DNA from: Candidatus Uhrbacteria bacterium
GTDB taxonomy: Bacteria > Patescibacteriota > Patescibacteriia > UBA9934
Assembly: GCA_963822405.1 (NCBI GenBank)
Contig: CAWGHH010000004.1
Coordinates: forward strand, 6,226-70,225
DNA length: 64,000 bases
Reading direction: 5' to 3'
The position numbers and the translations under genes are program-made. This document shows, piece after piece, positions 50,311 through 59,659 of the stretch; position 1 is the stretch's first letter; every line of letters starts with the position of its first letter. A model generated the notes under the pieces. The model did not search any database. It had not been told where the DNA came from and saw only the letters and a list, made by a program, of their open reading frames with translations.

Positions 50311-50745
50311 TTACTCAATCTTTCCGCCCGCCTTCGTGATCTTCTCTGTAGCTGATTTCGAAACCTCACAGTTTTTTACTACGATAGCGTGCGTGAGTTC
50401 ACCATCACCAAGAATTTTTACCGTGTGTGAGCTCTTAGGAATCAGGCCCTTCGCGCCTAACGTTTTTGGAGTTACTACCTCGTTTACTAAAGTTGTTTTC
50501 TCGAGATCACCAATATTAACCGAAGGCATCTTTTCAGCAAGCGAACGGAAGCCACGAAGCTTTGGTGTTGCGAGCATTGTGTGACGCATACCAAGACGCT
50601 TAAGACCGCCCACGCCGGAGCGTGAACTCTGTCCTTTTTGACCGCGTCCGGCAGTGGTTCCTTTTGAACCAAGACCGCGTCCTACGCGCTTTTTCATCGT
50701 CTTCGCGCCCTTTGCTGAGCGGAGGTTTGAGAGGGTAATTGCCAT
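50311..50745 (-). CDS. rplO: 50S ribosomal protein uL15
   Basis: RVGRG..GTTAGRGQKGQSSRSG. Confidence 0.96.
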   Translation of the reverse strand: MAITLSNLRSAKGAKTMKKRVGRGLGSKGTTAGRGQKGQSSRSGVGGLKRLGMRHTMLATPKLRGFRSLAEKMPSVNIGDLEKTTLVNEVVTPKTLGAKGLIPKSSHTVKILGDGELTHAIVVKNCEVSKSATEKITKAGGKIE

Positions 50746-50746
50746 A

Positions 50747-51340
50747 TTAGGATTTTGCGACCGGCAACTTCAGAGCGCTGAGCGCCAAGAATGTAGCCTT
50801 TGCACTGTTGATCTTGTTCTTTGCTCCAAGAAGTTTAGAAACAGCATTTGGGACACCTGCTAGCTCGAGAACCATACGAGTTGGTCCTCCGCTCTTGAGT
50901 CCAGTACCCTTAGGAGCTGGCTTCAAAAGCACCTTAGCCGCAGCATACTTGCTATATACCTCGTGTGGAATAGTTTCGTTTACGAGAGGCACAGTAATCA
51001 TATTCTTTCTAGCCTGACGGAAAGCTTTCTCTACAGACATCGCTACGTCAACGCCCTTAGCGACACCAAAACCAACGCGACCACGACGATCGCCAATGAT
51101 GAGAGAAGCGCGGAAACGCATGCGCTTACCACCCTTGGTTACACGCGTAACGCGAACGAGCTCAAGAATCTTTTGCTCAAATTCACGAGGTTCACGCTCT
51201 GGACGTCCGCCAGAACGAGGTCCACGACCACGGCTGTCTCCGCCGCGTCCGCCCTGACCTCCCTGTCCACCCCGTCCACCTGCGGCGCCTGCGCGCGGAG
51301 GTCCTCGACGATCAGTAACTGGTTTTTTTGCTTCTTCCAT
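50747..51340 (-). CDS. rpsE: 30S ribosomal protein uS5
   Basis: RVTRVTKGGKRMRF, PAPKGTG. Confidence 0.97.
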   Translation of the reverse strand: MEEAKKPVTDRRGPPRAGAAGGRGGQGGQGGRGGDSRGRGPRSGGRPEREPREFEQKILELVRVTRVTKGGKRMRFRASLIIGDRRGRVGFGVAKGVDVAMSVEKAFRQARKNMITVPLVNETIPHEVYSKYAAAKVLLKPAPKGTGLKSGGPTRMVLELAGVPNAVSKLLGAKNKINSAKATFLALSALKLPVAKS

Positions 51341-51346
51341 AGGATA

Positions 51347-51706
51347 TTAGAACTGGAGTCCAACTTCACGCGCCGCGTCAGCGAGCGCTTTAATGCGACC
51401 ATGGTAACGGAACGAGCCCTTATCAAAGACAACCGCAGAAATACCGGCGGCCTTCGCCTTCTCCCCAATGTCCTTTCCAACAAGAGTAGCAAGCTCCATG
51501 CCCGTCTTCTTGGCGTCCATCTTAAAATCAGAGGACGCAACAATAGTGCGGCTCTTTGTATCGTCAATGATCTGTGCCGTCATATGTTTCAATGAACGGA
51601 AGACCGTCAAACGCGGACGCTCCGGAGTACCGGTAATCTTAGCGCGAGTGCGGATGGCACGACGCTTAGCCTGCGCACGCTTTTTTTGGATGTTTTTCGG
51701 GGTCAT
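51347..51706 (-). CDS. rplR: 50S ribosomal protein uL18
   Basis: [19 protein letters not shown]. Confidence 0.97.
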   Translation of the reverse strand: MTPKNIQKKRAQAKRRAIRTRAKITGTPERPRLTVFRSLKHMTAQIIDDTKSRTIVASSDFKMDAKKTGMELATLVGKDIGEKAKAAGISAVVFDKGSFRYHGRIKALADAAREVGLQF

Positions 51707-51710
51707 ATGC

Positions 51711-52265
51711 TTATTTCTCGCTCTTCGCGGCCTTACCTGCCTTACGACGAATCACTTCGTCAGAGTATTTAAAACCCTTTCCTTTATATGGTTCAGGCTT
51801 CTTGAGTGAACGAATCTCGGCGGCTGCACGTCCGACTGATTCCGCATCAATACCCGATAGGGTAAGTACGTTTCCCTCTATCTTTGCAACTACACCTTCT
51901 GGTAGTGGGTATTCTACATCATGAGAAAAACCAAGCGAGAAGATCAAGCCCTTACCCTTCAAGTTCATCTTAAAACCAACACCATTTAATTCCAATACCT
52001 TGGCATAGCCTTCCGTCACACCTTTTACCATCTTTTGGAGAAGTGCACGCATGGTGCCCCAAATAGGACGATCGTCGCCTTCTGGGTCATTCACGGTCAC
52101 TAGAAGTACCGTGACACCGCTGTCTGTTGATTGCGTTACATGCGCGTGAGCATGAAGTGGGAGCGTCAAAGACCCCTTGGCACCCTTAATAGTGACCTGC
52201 TTGTCTGTTATGTCCGCGGTAACGCCGGCGGGAATAAGAACTGGTTTTTTTCCTATGCGCGACAT
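51711..52265 (-). CDS. rplF: 50S ribosomal protein uL6
   Basis: [16 protein letters not shown]. Confidence 0.97.
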   Translation of the reverse strand: MSRIGKKPVLIPAGVTADITDKQVTIKGAKGSLTLPLHAHAHVTQSTDSGVTVLLVTVNDPEGDDRPIWGTMRALLQKMVKGVTEGYAKVLELNGVGFKMNLKGKGLIFSLGFSHDVEYPLPEGVVAKIEGNVLTLSGIDAESVGRAAAEIRSLKKPEPYKGKGFKYSDEVIRRKAGKAAKSEK

Positions 52266-52266
52266 A

Positions 52267-52662
52267 TTAGTAGACTTCGCAAATAAGTTCTCCACCCAAA
52301 CGTCGCTTCTTCGCTTCATCGCTGGTCATTAGACCGTTAGGCGTTGAAACAATAGCGATTCCAAAACCTGAGCGAACACGTTCAAGCTCTGTAGCCTTCA
52401 CGTAAACGCGACGACCTGGCTTGCTTACGCGCTTCAAGTTTGAAACACGTGGTGAGCCGTCTGGTTCGTAGCGAAGTTCAACCTTTAGAATAGGTCGACC
52501 GTTCTGCTCCTCCCGGCTAACAGCCTGAAGGAAGCCCTCGCTCTCTAGAATCTTCGCCAAAGCGAATTTCATCTGTGAGAGGGGCATGGAAACCGTCTCC
52601 GCTTTCACCATGGCGGCGTTGCGGATTCTGGTGAGCATGTCTGAAATTGGGTCTGTCATCAT
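52267..52662 (-). CDS. rpsH: 30S ribosomal protein uS8
   Basis: DPISDMLTRIRNA, SKPGRRVY. Confidence 0.97.
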   Translation of the reverse strand: MMTDPISDMLTRIRNAAMVKAETVSMPLSQMKFALAKILESEGFLQAVSREEQNGRPILKVELRYEPDGSPRVSNLKRVSKPGRRVYVKATELERVRSGFGIAIVSTPNGLMTSDEAKKRRLGGELICEVY

Positions 52663-52666
52663 AGGA

Positions 52667-52852
52667 TTACCAGCTAGCTTTTCGAATGCCCGGGATTTCT
52701 CCCACGTTCGCGAGTTCGCGGAAACAGATACGACACAGGCCGAAGTCCCGCATGAAGAAACGCTTTCTTCCGCAGCGCCAGCATCGCAGAACGTGGCGCG
52801 TCATGAACTTTGGGGTCTTTTTAGACTTGGCGATTTGATTCGTTGTTGCCAT
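52667..52852 (-). CDS. rpsN: 30S ribosomal protein uS14 (Zn type)
   Basis: RCWRCGR...LCRICFRE. Confidence 0.95.
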   Translation of the reverse strand: MATTNQIAKSKKTPKFMTRHVLRCWRCGRKRFFMRDFGLCRICFRELANVGEIPGIRKASW

Positions 52853-52856
52853 ATCT

Positions 52857-53414
52857 TTAGGCTCGGCTGATTTTCTCTTTGGAAGCAAATGGGAAACCAA
52901 GTCCCTTCATGAGGGCAACTCCCTCAGCGTGGTTCTTGGCTGTAGTCGTGATCGTGATCTGGAGACCGTGAAGTGATTCTACTTCATCCGGCAAAATTTC
53001 TGGAAACGCCGTATGTTCAGTTAGGCCGAAGTTGAAATTTCCATCCTTATCAACTGACGACTCTGGAATGCCACGGAAGTCACGGATACGAGCAAAAGCG
53101 ATGCGAGAAAGCTTCTCTAAGAAGTCCCACATCTTTTTTCCGCGCAAGGTGACTGTTACACCCACTACCATGCCTTCGCGAATTTTAAATCCAGCGATTG
53201 ACATGCGTGCCTTTGTTTTTACAGGCTGCTGGCCAGTGATGCGGCGGAATGTATCCACTACTACATCAGCGAACTTAGCATCCTTTCCTTTTCCGAAACC
53301 CGCGTTCAAAGTTACTTTCAGAACTGTTGGGATCTGGTGGACGTTCGTAAAACCAAACTCTTTGCGGAGAGCCGGTTGAACGATAGTCGTAAATTGTTCC
53401 TTGAGAGTTTGCAT
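52857..53414 (-). CDS. rplE: 50S ribosomal protein uL5
   Basis: ITGQQP, FKIREG, VTLRG, RIRDFRG. Confidence 0.97.
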   Translation of the reverse strand: MQTLKEQFTTIVQPALRKEFGFTNVHQIPTVLKVTLNAGFGKGKDAKFADVVVDTFRRITGQQPVKTKARMSIAGFKIREGMVVGVTVTLRGKKMWDFLEKLSRIAFARIRDFRGIPESSVDKDGNFNFGLTEHTAFPEILPDEVESLHGLQITITTTAKNHAEGVALMKGLGFPFASKEKISRA

Positions 53415-53416
53415 AA

Positions 53417-53752
53417 TTAGCCGATGTCTGTCACCAATTTTTTTGAACGAATGACGCGCGTTTTTGTTCCGCCGTCAGCCACCTTATATCCAACCCGCCC
53501 AATCTTACCGCCAGAGACGACCGCAACGTTCTCTACGCGAATAGGAGCAAAATATGTTATCTTCTGTCCCTCTGGTTTCTTTTCAGTATTTCCGGTTTGG
53601 CGCATGCGCTTTGGAGAAATATGCTTGGTTGTTTGACGGACACCGTCTACTACTACCAAACCCATCTCTGGAAATGTTTGCGTTACTTTTCCTTCCTTAC
53701 CCTTGTCCTTCCCTGTCATGACACGGACCGTGTCACCTGTTTTGATTTTCAT
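53417..53752 (-). CDS. rplX: 50S ribosomal protein uL24
   Basis: MKIKTGDTVRVMTGKDKGKEGKV. Confidence 0.95.
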   Translation of the reverse strand: MKIKTGDTVRVMTGKDKGKEGKVTQTFPEMGLVVVDGVRQTTKHISPKRMRQTGNTEKKPEGQKITYFAPIRVENVAVVSGGKIGRVGYKVADGGTKTRVIRSKKLVTDIG

Positions 53753-53762
53753 AGAAGGTGGA

Positions 53763-54134
53763 TTAAAGGACTTCTGGAGCAAGTGAAACGATTTTTGTGT
53801 ATCCACCCTGACGAAGCTCGCGAGCCACCGGGCCAAAGATACGCGTTCCACGAGGGTCACCGGTTTCCCGGTTGATGAGTACGGCTGCGTTCTCATCAAA
53901 ACGGATATAGGAACCGTCTGCTCGACGCACTTCCTTGCGAGTGCGGACAATCACCGCATGAACAACGTCGCTCTTTTTTACTGGATTGTGTGGGTCAGCC
54001 ACTTTTACAACCGCAGTGACGATATCGCCCAAGCGAGCGTAACGCTTCTTATAACCACCAAGAACACGGATAACCTGGAGCTTTTTTGCGCCGCTATTGT
54101 CAGCTACGGCGATCATTGATCGATGTTGCAACAT
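53763..54134 (-). CDS. rplN: 50S ribosomal protein uL14
   Basis: [22 protein letters not shown]. Confidence 0.98.
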   Translation of the reverse strand: MLQHRSMIAVADNSGAKKLQVIRVLGGYKKRYARLGDIVTAVVKVADPHNPVKKSDVVHAVIVRTRKEVRRADGSYIRFDENAAVLINRETGDPRGTRIFGPVARELRQGGYTKIVSLAPEVL

Positions 54135-54143
54135 ATAGGGGTA

Positions 54144-54398
54144 TTAAGCTTTGCTAACAACTCTCCAGCGTTTCAAGGCTGAAAGTGGACGTGTTTCCTC
54201 AATCACAACTTTATCGCCGGCTTGAATATCCGGTGACTCATTATGAGCCAAGTACTTCGCGCTCACTGAGTAGCGCTTTCCATACTTAGGGTGGATCACA
54301 GTGCGATCAACTCGAACGGACACGGTTTTCATCATCTTCGTAGAGACGACCGTGCCGATCAAGCGGCGGCGAGTGATTTTTTTTGTTTCGTTCGTCAT
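54144..54398 (-). CDS. rpsQ: 30S ribosomal protein uS17
   Basis: GTVVSTKMMKT, HPKYGK, ETRPLS. Confidence 0.96.
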   Translation of the reverse strand: MTNETKKITRRRLIGTVVSTKMMKTVSVRVDRTVIHPKYGKRYSVSAKYLAHNESPDIQAGDKVVIEETRPLSALKRWRVVSKA

Positions 54399-54399
54399 A

Positions 54400-54588
54400 T
54401 TACGTCTTCAAAGCTGACAATTTGGTCAACATGCGTGCAGTATCTTTTCTTACCTCCCGGATTTCACGTACATCTTTAAGCTGATTCATTGTGCGGCTCA
54501 GTCTCAAGGCATGAATCCTGGCGCGTCCCTCCGCTATCAGCGCCTGGAGTTCCTTTTCGGTTTTCCCTTCAAGTTCGTTGAAGCGCAT
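54400..54588 (-). CDS. rpmC: 50S ribosomal protein uL29
   Basis: Position in the cluster; IREVRKDTARMLT. Confidence 0.92.
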   Translation of the reverse strand: MRFNELEGKTEKELQALIAEGRARIHALRLSRTMNQLKDVREIREVRKDTARMLTKLSALKT

Positions 54589-54589
54589 A

Positions 54590-55000
54590 TTAGCGGATGA
54601 TTATTTTTGTCTTGACCGGAAGTTTGTAGGCAGCTAGACGGAAGGCTTCAGTTGCTACTTCCGGCGTCACACCGTCCATCTCGAACATCACAGTACCCGC
54701 ACGAACAGGAACCATATAGTAGTCCACGCCACCCTTTCCCTTACCCATCGGGGCTTCAGCACCATGGTTTGTCACTGGGTGATCAGGGAAAATTCTAATC
54801 CAGATCTTTCCACCACGCTTAATGGCGCGCGTCATAGCGCGACGAGCGGCCTCAATTTGACGAGCAGTTACCCAGGCCTCCGTGATAGCTTTCAAGCCAT
54901 AGGAACCAAAAGCAACGTCCGTCTTCTGAGAGGCAAGGCGATCACCAGAGGTGCGTCGCTTTTGCCACTTTCTATATTTCATTTTTTTGGGGAGTAGCAT
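54590..55000 (-). CDS. rplP: 50S ribosomal protein uL16
   Basis: [21 protein letters not shown]. Confidence 0.97.
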   Translation of the reverse strand: MLLPKKMKYRKWQKRRTSGDRLASQKTDVAFGSYGLKAITEAWVTARQIEAARRAMTRAIKRGGKIWIRIFPDHPVTNHGAEAPMGKGKGGVDYYMVPVRAGTVMFEMDGVTPEVATEAFRLAAYKLPVKTKIIIR

Positions 55001-55013
55001 AGGACAGTGTCAG

Positions 55014-55749
55014 TTATGCGCGAGGTGCGCGGTAGCGTGGTGGAGCAGCACGTTTCGGAACATCAGGAGCCGCTTCTGCGGACTGAGTTTCTGTTGCCGC
55101 TTTATCTTTTTCGAAAACGTCACCGCGGTAAATCCAGACCTTAACACCGATAACTCCGTAGACAGTGTTCGCGCGCACTCGAGCGAAGTCGATGTCTGCA
55201 CGAAGGTTATGAAGAGGAATAGAACCCTGTGCAAGCGTTTCGGTACGAGCGATTTCCGCTCCGTTTAAACGACCAGACAACGTCATTTTTACTCCTTTAG
55301 CTCCGCCCTTCATAACACGCTCAATCGCCATCTTCATGGAACGACGGAACGGTAGGCGACGCTCGATGTCCTGAGCGATCTGCTCACCGACGATCTGCGA
55401 ATACAATGAAGGACGAGACACCTCAGTAACGTTGATGTTCAACGTCACGCGACGACCACGGAAGAAAGCTTTCATGATCTTCTTCTTGAGATCTTCGATC
55501 CCAGCTCCGGAACGACCAATCACGAATCCTGGCTTTGCACAGTGAATGGTGATTGTTAGCTGTTTTGGAGTGCGCTCGATACCGACGTCGTTAAGACCCG
55601 CTTCCTTAAGTTCCTTGCGGAAAAATTCGCGAAGCTCAACGTCTTCCTTCAATTGAGAAATAAACTGTCCGCCACGTGCGAACCACTTGGAATCCCAAGT
55701 GTAAACAGTAGCTAGAACGAAATGCTTTTGGATGGACTTTGTGACCCAT
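55014..55749 (-). CDS. rpsC: 30S ribosomal protein uS3 (one extra base near 55716)
   Basis: MGHKVHPKAFR, then shifted frame LATVYTWDSKWF...KPGFVIGRSG...GRLNGAEIAR. Confidence 0.94.
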
Positions 55750-55750
55750 A

Positions 55751-56086
55751 TTAGGATTTTGGAGAGACAGCGATCGTGATGTGTGACATACGCAAACGAA
55801 TTGGCGTAGCCCGGCCTTGTGCACGAGGTGTTGATCGCTTGATCTTTGGACCCTCATCTACACATGCTTTTGAAACTACCAATGTAGATTCATCTAGCTT
55901 TAGGTTATTTACCGCGTTCGCTACAGCAGAATTGAGCGCCTTAAGAACAGGCGTAGCTGCTAGTTTATCGGACACCATGAGCTGACGGCGAGCGGCTCCA
56001 ATGGACATTCCACGGATAAGGCTAACCACCAAACGGGATTTCCGAGGAGCGATACGGATAAATTTTGCTTTACAAATAGCTTCCAT
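55751..56086 (-). CDS. rplV: 50S ribosomal protein uL22
   Basis: APRKSRLV, SAVANA, PRAQGRA. Confidence 0.96.
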   Translation of the reverse strand: MEAICKAKFIRIAPRKSRLVVSLIRGMSIGAARRQLMVSDKLAATPVLKALNSAVANAVNNLKLDESTLVVSKACVDEGPKIKRSTPRAQGRATPIRLRMSHITIAVSPKS

Positions 56087-56094
56087 ATGGCAAT

Positions 56095-56422
56095 TTACCG
56101 GCTAATCTTCTTAGCCGCAGCTGGGGCTGCTGCTGCCGGAGCTGCCGTAGCCTCTGCGGCTACAGTCTTTCCAGCGTGCCGAACAAACTTACGCGTAGGA
56201 GAAAACTCGCCAAGCTTATGGCCAACCATGTTTTCAACTACACGCACCTGAATGAAATCTTTTCCGTTGTGTACGGCAAAAGTAAACCCAACCATCTGAG
56301 GAGTGATGGTAGACGAACGGGACCAGGTCTTTACGACCGTCTTGTCTCCCGGACGAAGCTTATCTACCTTCTTCTGAAGGTGGTCAGCTACGAAAGGACA
56401 CTTTTTTTAGACTACGTGTCAT
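56095..56422 (-). CDS. rpsS: 30S ribosomal protein uS19 (one extra base near 56400)
   Basis: MTRSLKK, then shifted frame PFVADHL...KTWSRSS...HNGK...[11 protein letters not shown]. Confidence 0.93.
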
Positions 56423-56428
56423 ATGGGT

Positions 56429-57277
56429 TTACACTGCGCGATTCTTATCGTGATTCCGACGACGGATAATGAGTTTGTCTGAAGACTTCTGTTTTCTGGT
56501 CTTTACTCCAAGCGCTGGCTTTCCAGTAGGCGTCTTAGGATGCTTGAGACCGATAGAGTTTCTACCTTCTCCTCCGCCGTGCGGGTGATCAACTGGGTTC
56601 ATCGCCTTACCGCGAACGGTTGGGCGGATACCGCGCCAACGAGTTCGGCCGGCCTTGCCCCAACGCACTAAGCTCCAATCGGGGTTTGAAACTGTTCCGA
56701 TAGTTGCCATGCACTCTTTTAGAACACGGCGTGTCTCACCGGAAGGCAAACGAAGCGTAGCGTGGTCTCCTTCAACTGCAAGAAGCTCTGCTGATGTACC
56801 AGCACCACGAACTACCTGTCCACCTCCACCCGGCTGAAGTTCAACGTTATGTACTTCCATGCCGACTGGAATTTTTTCAAGCGGGAAACGATTACCTACC
56901 GATGGCTCACCCTTCTCTCTGCTGGCCACAATGGTCATACCTACCGTGAGACCATGAGGGGCAAGAATATAAACCCGGAGACCGTCATTGTATGCAACCA
57001 ATGCTAGACGAGCACCACGATTTGGATCGTATTCAATAGTCTGAACCTTGGCTGGAATGTTATAACGATCAAATTTCCAATCAATGACTCTGACGTGAGT
57101 ACGGCCACCGCCGCCACGATGACGAACAGTGATTTTTCCACCTGCTCCACGACCAGCCTGTTCTTTACGTGCACGAAGCAAAGCCTTCACGGGCTTAACG
57201 CTCGTGATGTCTTTGAATGACTGAACGCTGGACTTCCGGCGACCGGCAGTAGTTGGTTTGTAGTTTGTAATCGGCAT
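56429..57277 (-). CDS. rplB: 50S ribosomal protein uL2
   Basis: IEYDPNR, MNPVDHPHGGGEG. Confidence 0.98.
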   Translation of the reverse strand: MPITNYKPTTAGRRKSSVQSFKDITSVKPVKALLRARKEQAGRGAGGKITVRHRGGGGRTHVRVIDWKFDRYNIPAKVQTIEYDPNRGARLALVAYNDGLRVYILAPHGLTVGMTIVASREKGEPSVGNRFPLEKIPVGMEVHNVELQPGGGGQVVRGAGTSAELLAVEGDHATLRLPSGETRRVLKECMATIGTVSNPDWSLVRWGKAGRTRWRGIRPTVRGKAMNPVDHPHGGGEGRNSIGLKHPKTPTGKPALGVKTRKQKSSDKLIIRRRNHDKNRAV

Positions 57278-57278
57278 A

Positions 57279-57704
57279 CTAGAGCGCAAAGATATCTACA
57301 CGAGAACCAACCGGAAGAGTGATAAGTGCCTTCTTCCAATCAGATGCTCGGGATGTAAAACGACCAGACTTTGATTCCTTGCCATGAACACGAATAATGT
57401 TCACGGAAGTTGGAGTGATTTTGTAAAGCTCCTTGAAAGCCGCCCGAACAGCAACACGATTGGCAGCCAAGGCAACGCGAAATACATAAACACCGGAGTC
57501 AGTGAGATGAGCTGTCTTCTCGGTTACTAAAGGAGCCAAAAGCGTACGCGCGGCAAGAGCAGAAACAGTATTACCCTGCGCCTTAACAACATCACGCTTC
57601 TCTTCCTTTTTCGCTTTAACAACAGTCTTCTTTACTTCCTTAGAAGCTGCTGTGATTACATCAGCTTCTGTGGAAATTTCAGTTTTCTTTTTAAAGATCG
57701 CCAT
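57279..57704 (-). CDS. rplW: 50S ribosomal protein uL23 with Lys-rich N-terminal extension
   Basis: PLVTEK, WKKALITL. Confidence 0.93.
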   Translation of the reverse strand: MAIFKKKTEISTEADVITAASKEVKKTVVKAKKEEKRDVVKAQGNTVSALAARTLLAPLVTEKTAHLTDSGVYVFRVALAANRVAVRAAFKELYKITPTSVNIIRVHGKESKSGRFTSRASDWKKALITLPVGSRVDIFAL

Positions 57705-57705
57705 A

Positions 57706-58338
57706 TTAGAGAGCAAATGTATGTTCAAGAGTCTCAATAGCGGCCTTCGAAGCTACAACGAATGCGTACTTCGCAAGATCACGTGCGTTCAAGCTATGTG
57801 CGTACATGGTCTGTGTTTTAGGCAGATTCTTAGCAGCACGAAGCATCACGCTATCGCCCGGCGACAACAGAACAAGAGCGGACTTTCCAGCTCCTGGAAG
57901 TGCCTTACGCATCTGAACCGCAAACTTTGTTTTTGCTTCCGGAAGAGTGTAATTCTCGAGGGCAACAAAGGCTCCATCATTTAGCTTGTCCGTAAGGAGC
58001 ATGGCCATTGCTAGACGCTTTGTTTTCCTGTTTACTTTTAACGAAAAATTCTGATCTTTCTGTGGACCGTGCGTAACACCTCCACCGATCCAAATAGGTG
58101 AACGAGAAGAACCGTGGCGAGCACGTCCTGTGCCCTTCTGCTTCCATGGCTTTCTTCCGCCTCCGCGAACTTCTGAACGATCCTTAGCATGCGAGTGAAT
58201 CACGCGGCTATTCGCATCTTGGGCGACGATCACCTCATGAACAACTGCCAATTTTGGCATCACAGCAAAAAGCTTATCAGACACTGTAATAGTGCCCGCG
58301 TCCTTACCATCCCATGTGTAGCATTTTACTTCAGCCAT
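57706..58338 (-). CDS. rplD: 50S ribosomal protein uL4
   Basis: RSEVRGGGRKPWKQKGTGRARHGS. Confidence 0.97.
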   Translation of the reverse strand: MAEVKCYTWDGKDAGTITVSDKLFAVMPKLAVVHEVIVAQDANSRVIHSHAKDRSEVRGGGRKPWKQKGTGRARHGSSRSPIWIGGGVTHGPQKDQNFSLKVNRKTKRLAMAMLLTDKLNDGAFVALENYTLPEAKTKFAVQMRKALPGAGKSALVLLSPGDSVMLRAAKNLPKTQTMYAHSLNARDLAKYAFVVASKAAIETLEHTFAL

Positions 58339-58934
58339 ACGTTGCCATCAGTTTCATGAATGGTGATCAAACCTCCGCGAGCACCAGGAACCGCCCCCTT
58401 CACTCCGAGAATATTCTTTTCCTCATCGATAGTGATGATCTCGAGATTCTGCACCGTCACCCGATCTCCACCCATGCGACCAGCCATGCGCATTCCTTTG
58501 AACACGCGCTGGATACCGCCGGCACCGATCGATCCAGACTTACGGACCTGATCTTTGTGACCGTGAGTGGTTGGGTGACCATGGAAGCCATGGCGCTTAA
58601 CTACACCCTGGAAACCGTGACCCTTGCTCGTGCCCATAGCAGTGACTTTATCGCCAATGGCGAAATCTTTCACTGTAAGCATCGTGCCTGGTTCGAGCAC
58701 TTCACCTTCTTTTAGGCGAAGCGTTCTCATGTGTGCAAAGGCTTCTTTTGCCTGAGCTTTTGAAGGATGCTTGGTTTTACCAACTCCGACAAGAGCTACA
58801 GAGTGCCCCATATCATCCTTTCCAACGCGCGCAACAGTACACGGTTCCGCAGCAATAAGAGTTATCGCTACAGCCGATCCGTCGGCACGGAAGGCCTGAG
58901 TCATTTCGAGTTTTGTACCAATGATATATTTCAT
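58326..58934 (-). CDS. rplC: 50S ribosomal protein uL3
   Basis: GTSKGHGFQGVVKRH, KGMRMAGRMG, KGAVPG. Confidence 0.97.
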   Translation of the reverse strand: MKYIIGTKLEMTQAFRADGSAVAITLIAAEPCTVARVGKDDMGHSVALVGVGKTKHPSKAQAKEAFAHMRTLRLKEGEVLEPGTMLTVKDFAIGDKVTAMGTSKGHGFQGVVKRHGFHGHPTTHGHKDQVRKSGSIGAGGIQRVFKGMRMAGRMGGDRVTVQNLEIITIDEEKNILGVKGAVPGARGGLITIHETDGNVWLK

Positions 58935-59196
58935 AGAATCATCGTTCACCAACCTTCGCTAAAGCTATGGCTGGGCGGAACGTCTCTGTTGAACAAAAAC
59001 AGACTATGGCTCCTCGCTCCATAAAAGTAGAGCTGAGGTTCCATAGCCCGAAGTATCGATCCCCTCTGAGGGGCGCGTACATTCAGGTTTTTTGTTCAAG
59101 TGTGAATAGGCAATTCCTCGCACAGACTCCGCATGAAGCGTCGGGAAGGTTTTCCATTTCTGGATCTTTCTTTCCGGTTCACTATAGGAGGTTGTT

Positions 59197-59250
59197 GTTC
59201 GAGATTGCGATCAAGGCACGATAGCTCTTGCCTTCGTCGCAATCTCGAAC
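59197..59250. other. Long hairpin immediately downstream of rpsJ
   Basis: GTTCGAGATTGCGA/TCGCAATCTCGAAC plus AAGGCA/TGCCTT. Confidence 0.65.
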
Positions 59251-59258
59251 GGTCACAG

Positions 59259-59597
59259 TTACATTTTAATTTCGATGTCAACACCGGCCGGAAGATTCAA
59301 GCTCATAAGAGCATCAATCGTACGTTCCGTAGGATTCATGATGTCAATGAGACGCTTGTGAATACGCATTTCGTACTGATCACGAGACTGCTTATCAATG
59401 AAAGTGGAGCGGTTAACGGTGTAGCGACGACGCTCTGTAGGCAGAGGAACCGGACCAATCACAGTTGCACCACTTCTTTCAGCTGTCTTTATGATAGTAA
59501 CGGTAGCCGTATCAATGATCTTATGATCATAGGCACGGATCTTAATGCGAATCCGCTGCTCTTTCTCACCTTCAGTTTTCTTCTCTTTATCGGCCAT
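59259..59597 (-). CDS. rpsJ: 30S ribosomal protein uS10
   Basis: [25 protein letters not shown]. Confidence 0.97.
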   Translation of the reverse strand: MADKEKKTEGEKEQRIRIKIRAYDHKIIDTATVTIIKTAERSGATVIGPVPLPTERRRYTVNRSTFIDKQSRDQYEMRIHKRLIDIMNPTERTIDALMSLNLPAGVDIEIKM

Positions 59598-59623
59598 AAC
59601 AAAGGGCAATTGTTTCAACAGAG

Positions 59624-59651
59624 GTAGGGGCGGCTTTTAAACCGCCCCTAC
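59624..59651. repeat. GTAG-type REP-like palindrome between tuf and rpsJ
   Basis: GTAGGGGCGG-N8-CCGCCCCTAC. Confidence 0.55.
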
Positions 59652-59659
59652 ATGTGGGG

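Noticed and set aside
55014-56422. Programmed frameshifting in rpsC and rpsS
   Set aside because: No precedent known to me, no stimulatory structure seen, and the window has many similar single-base defects.
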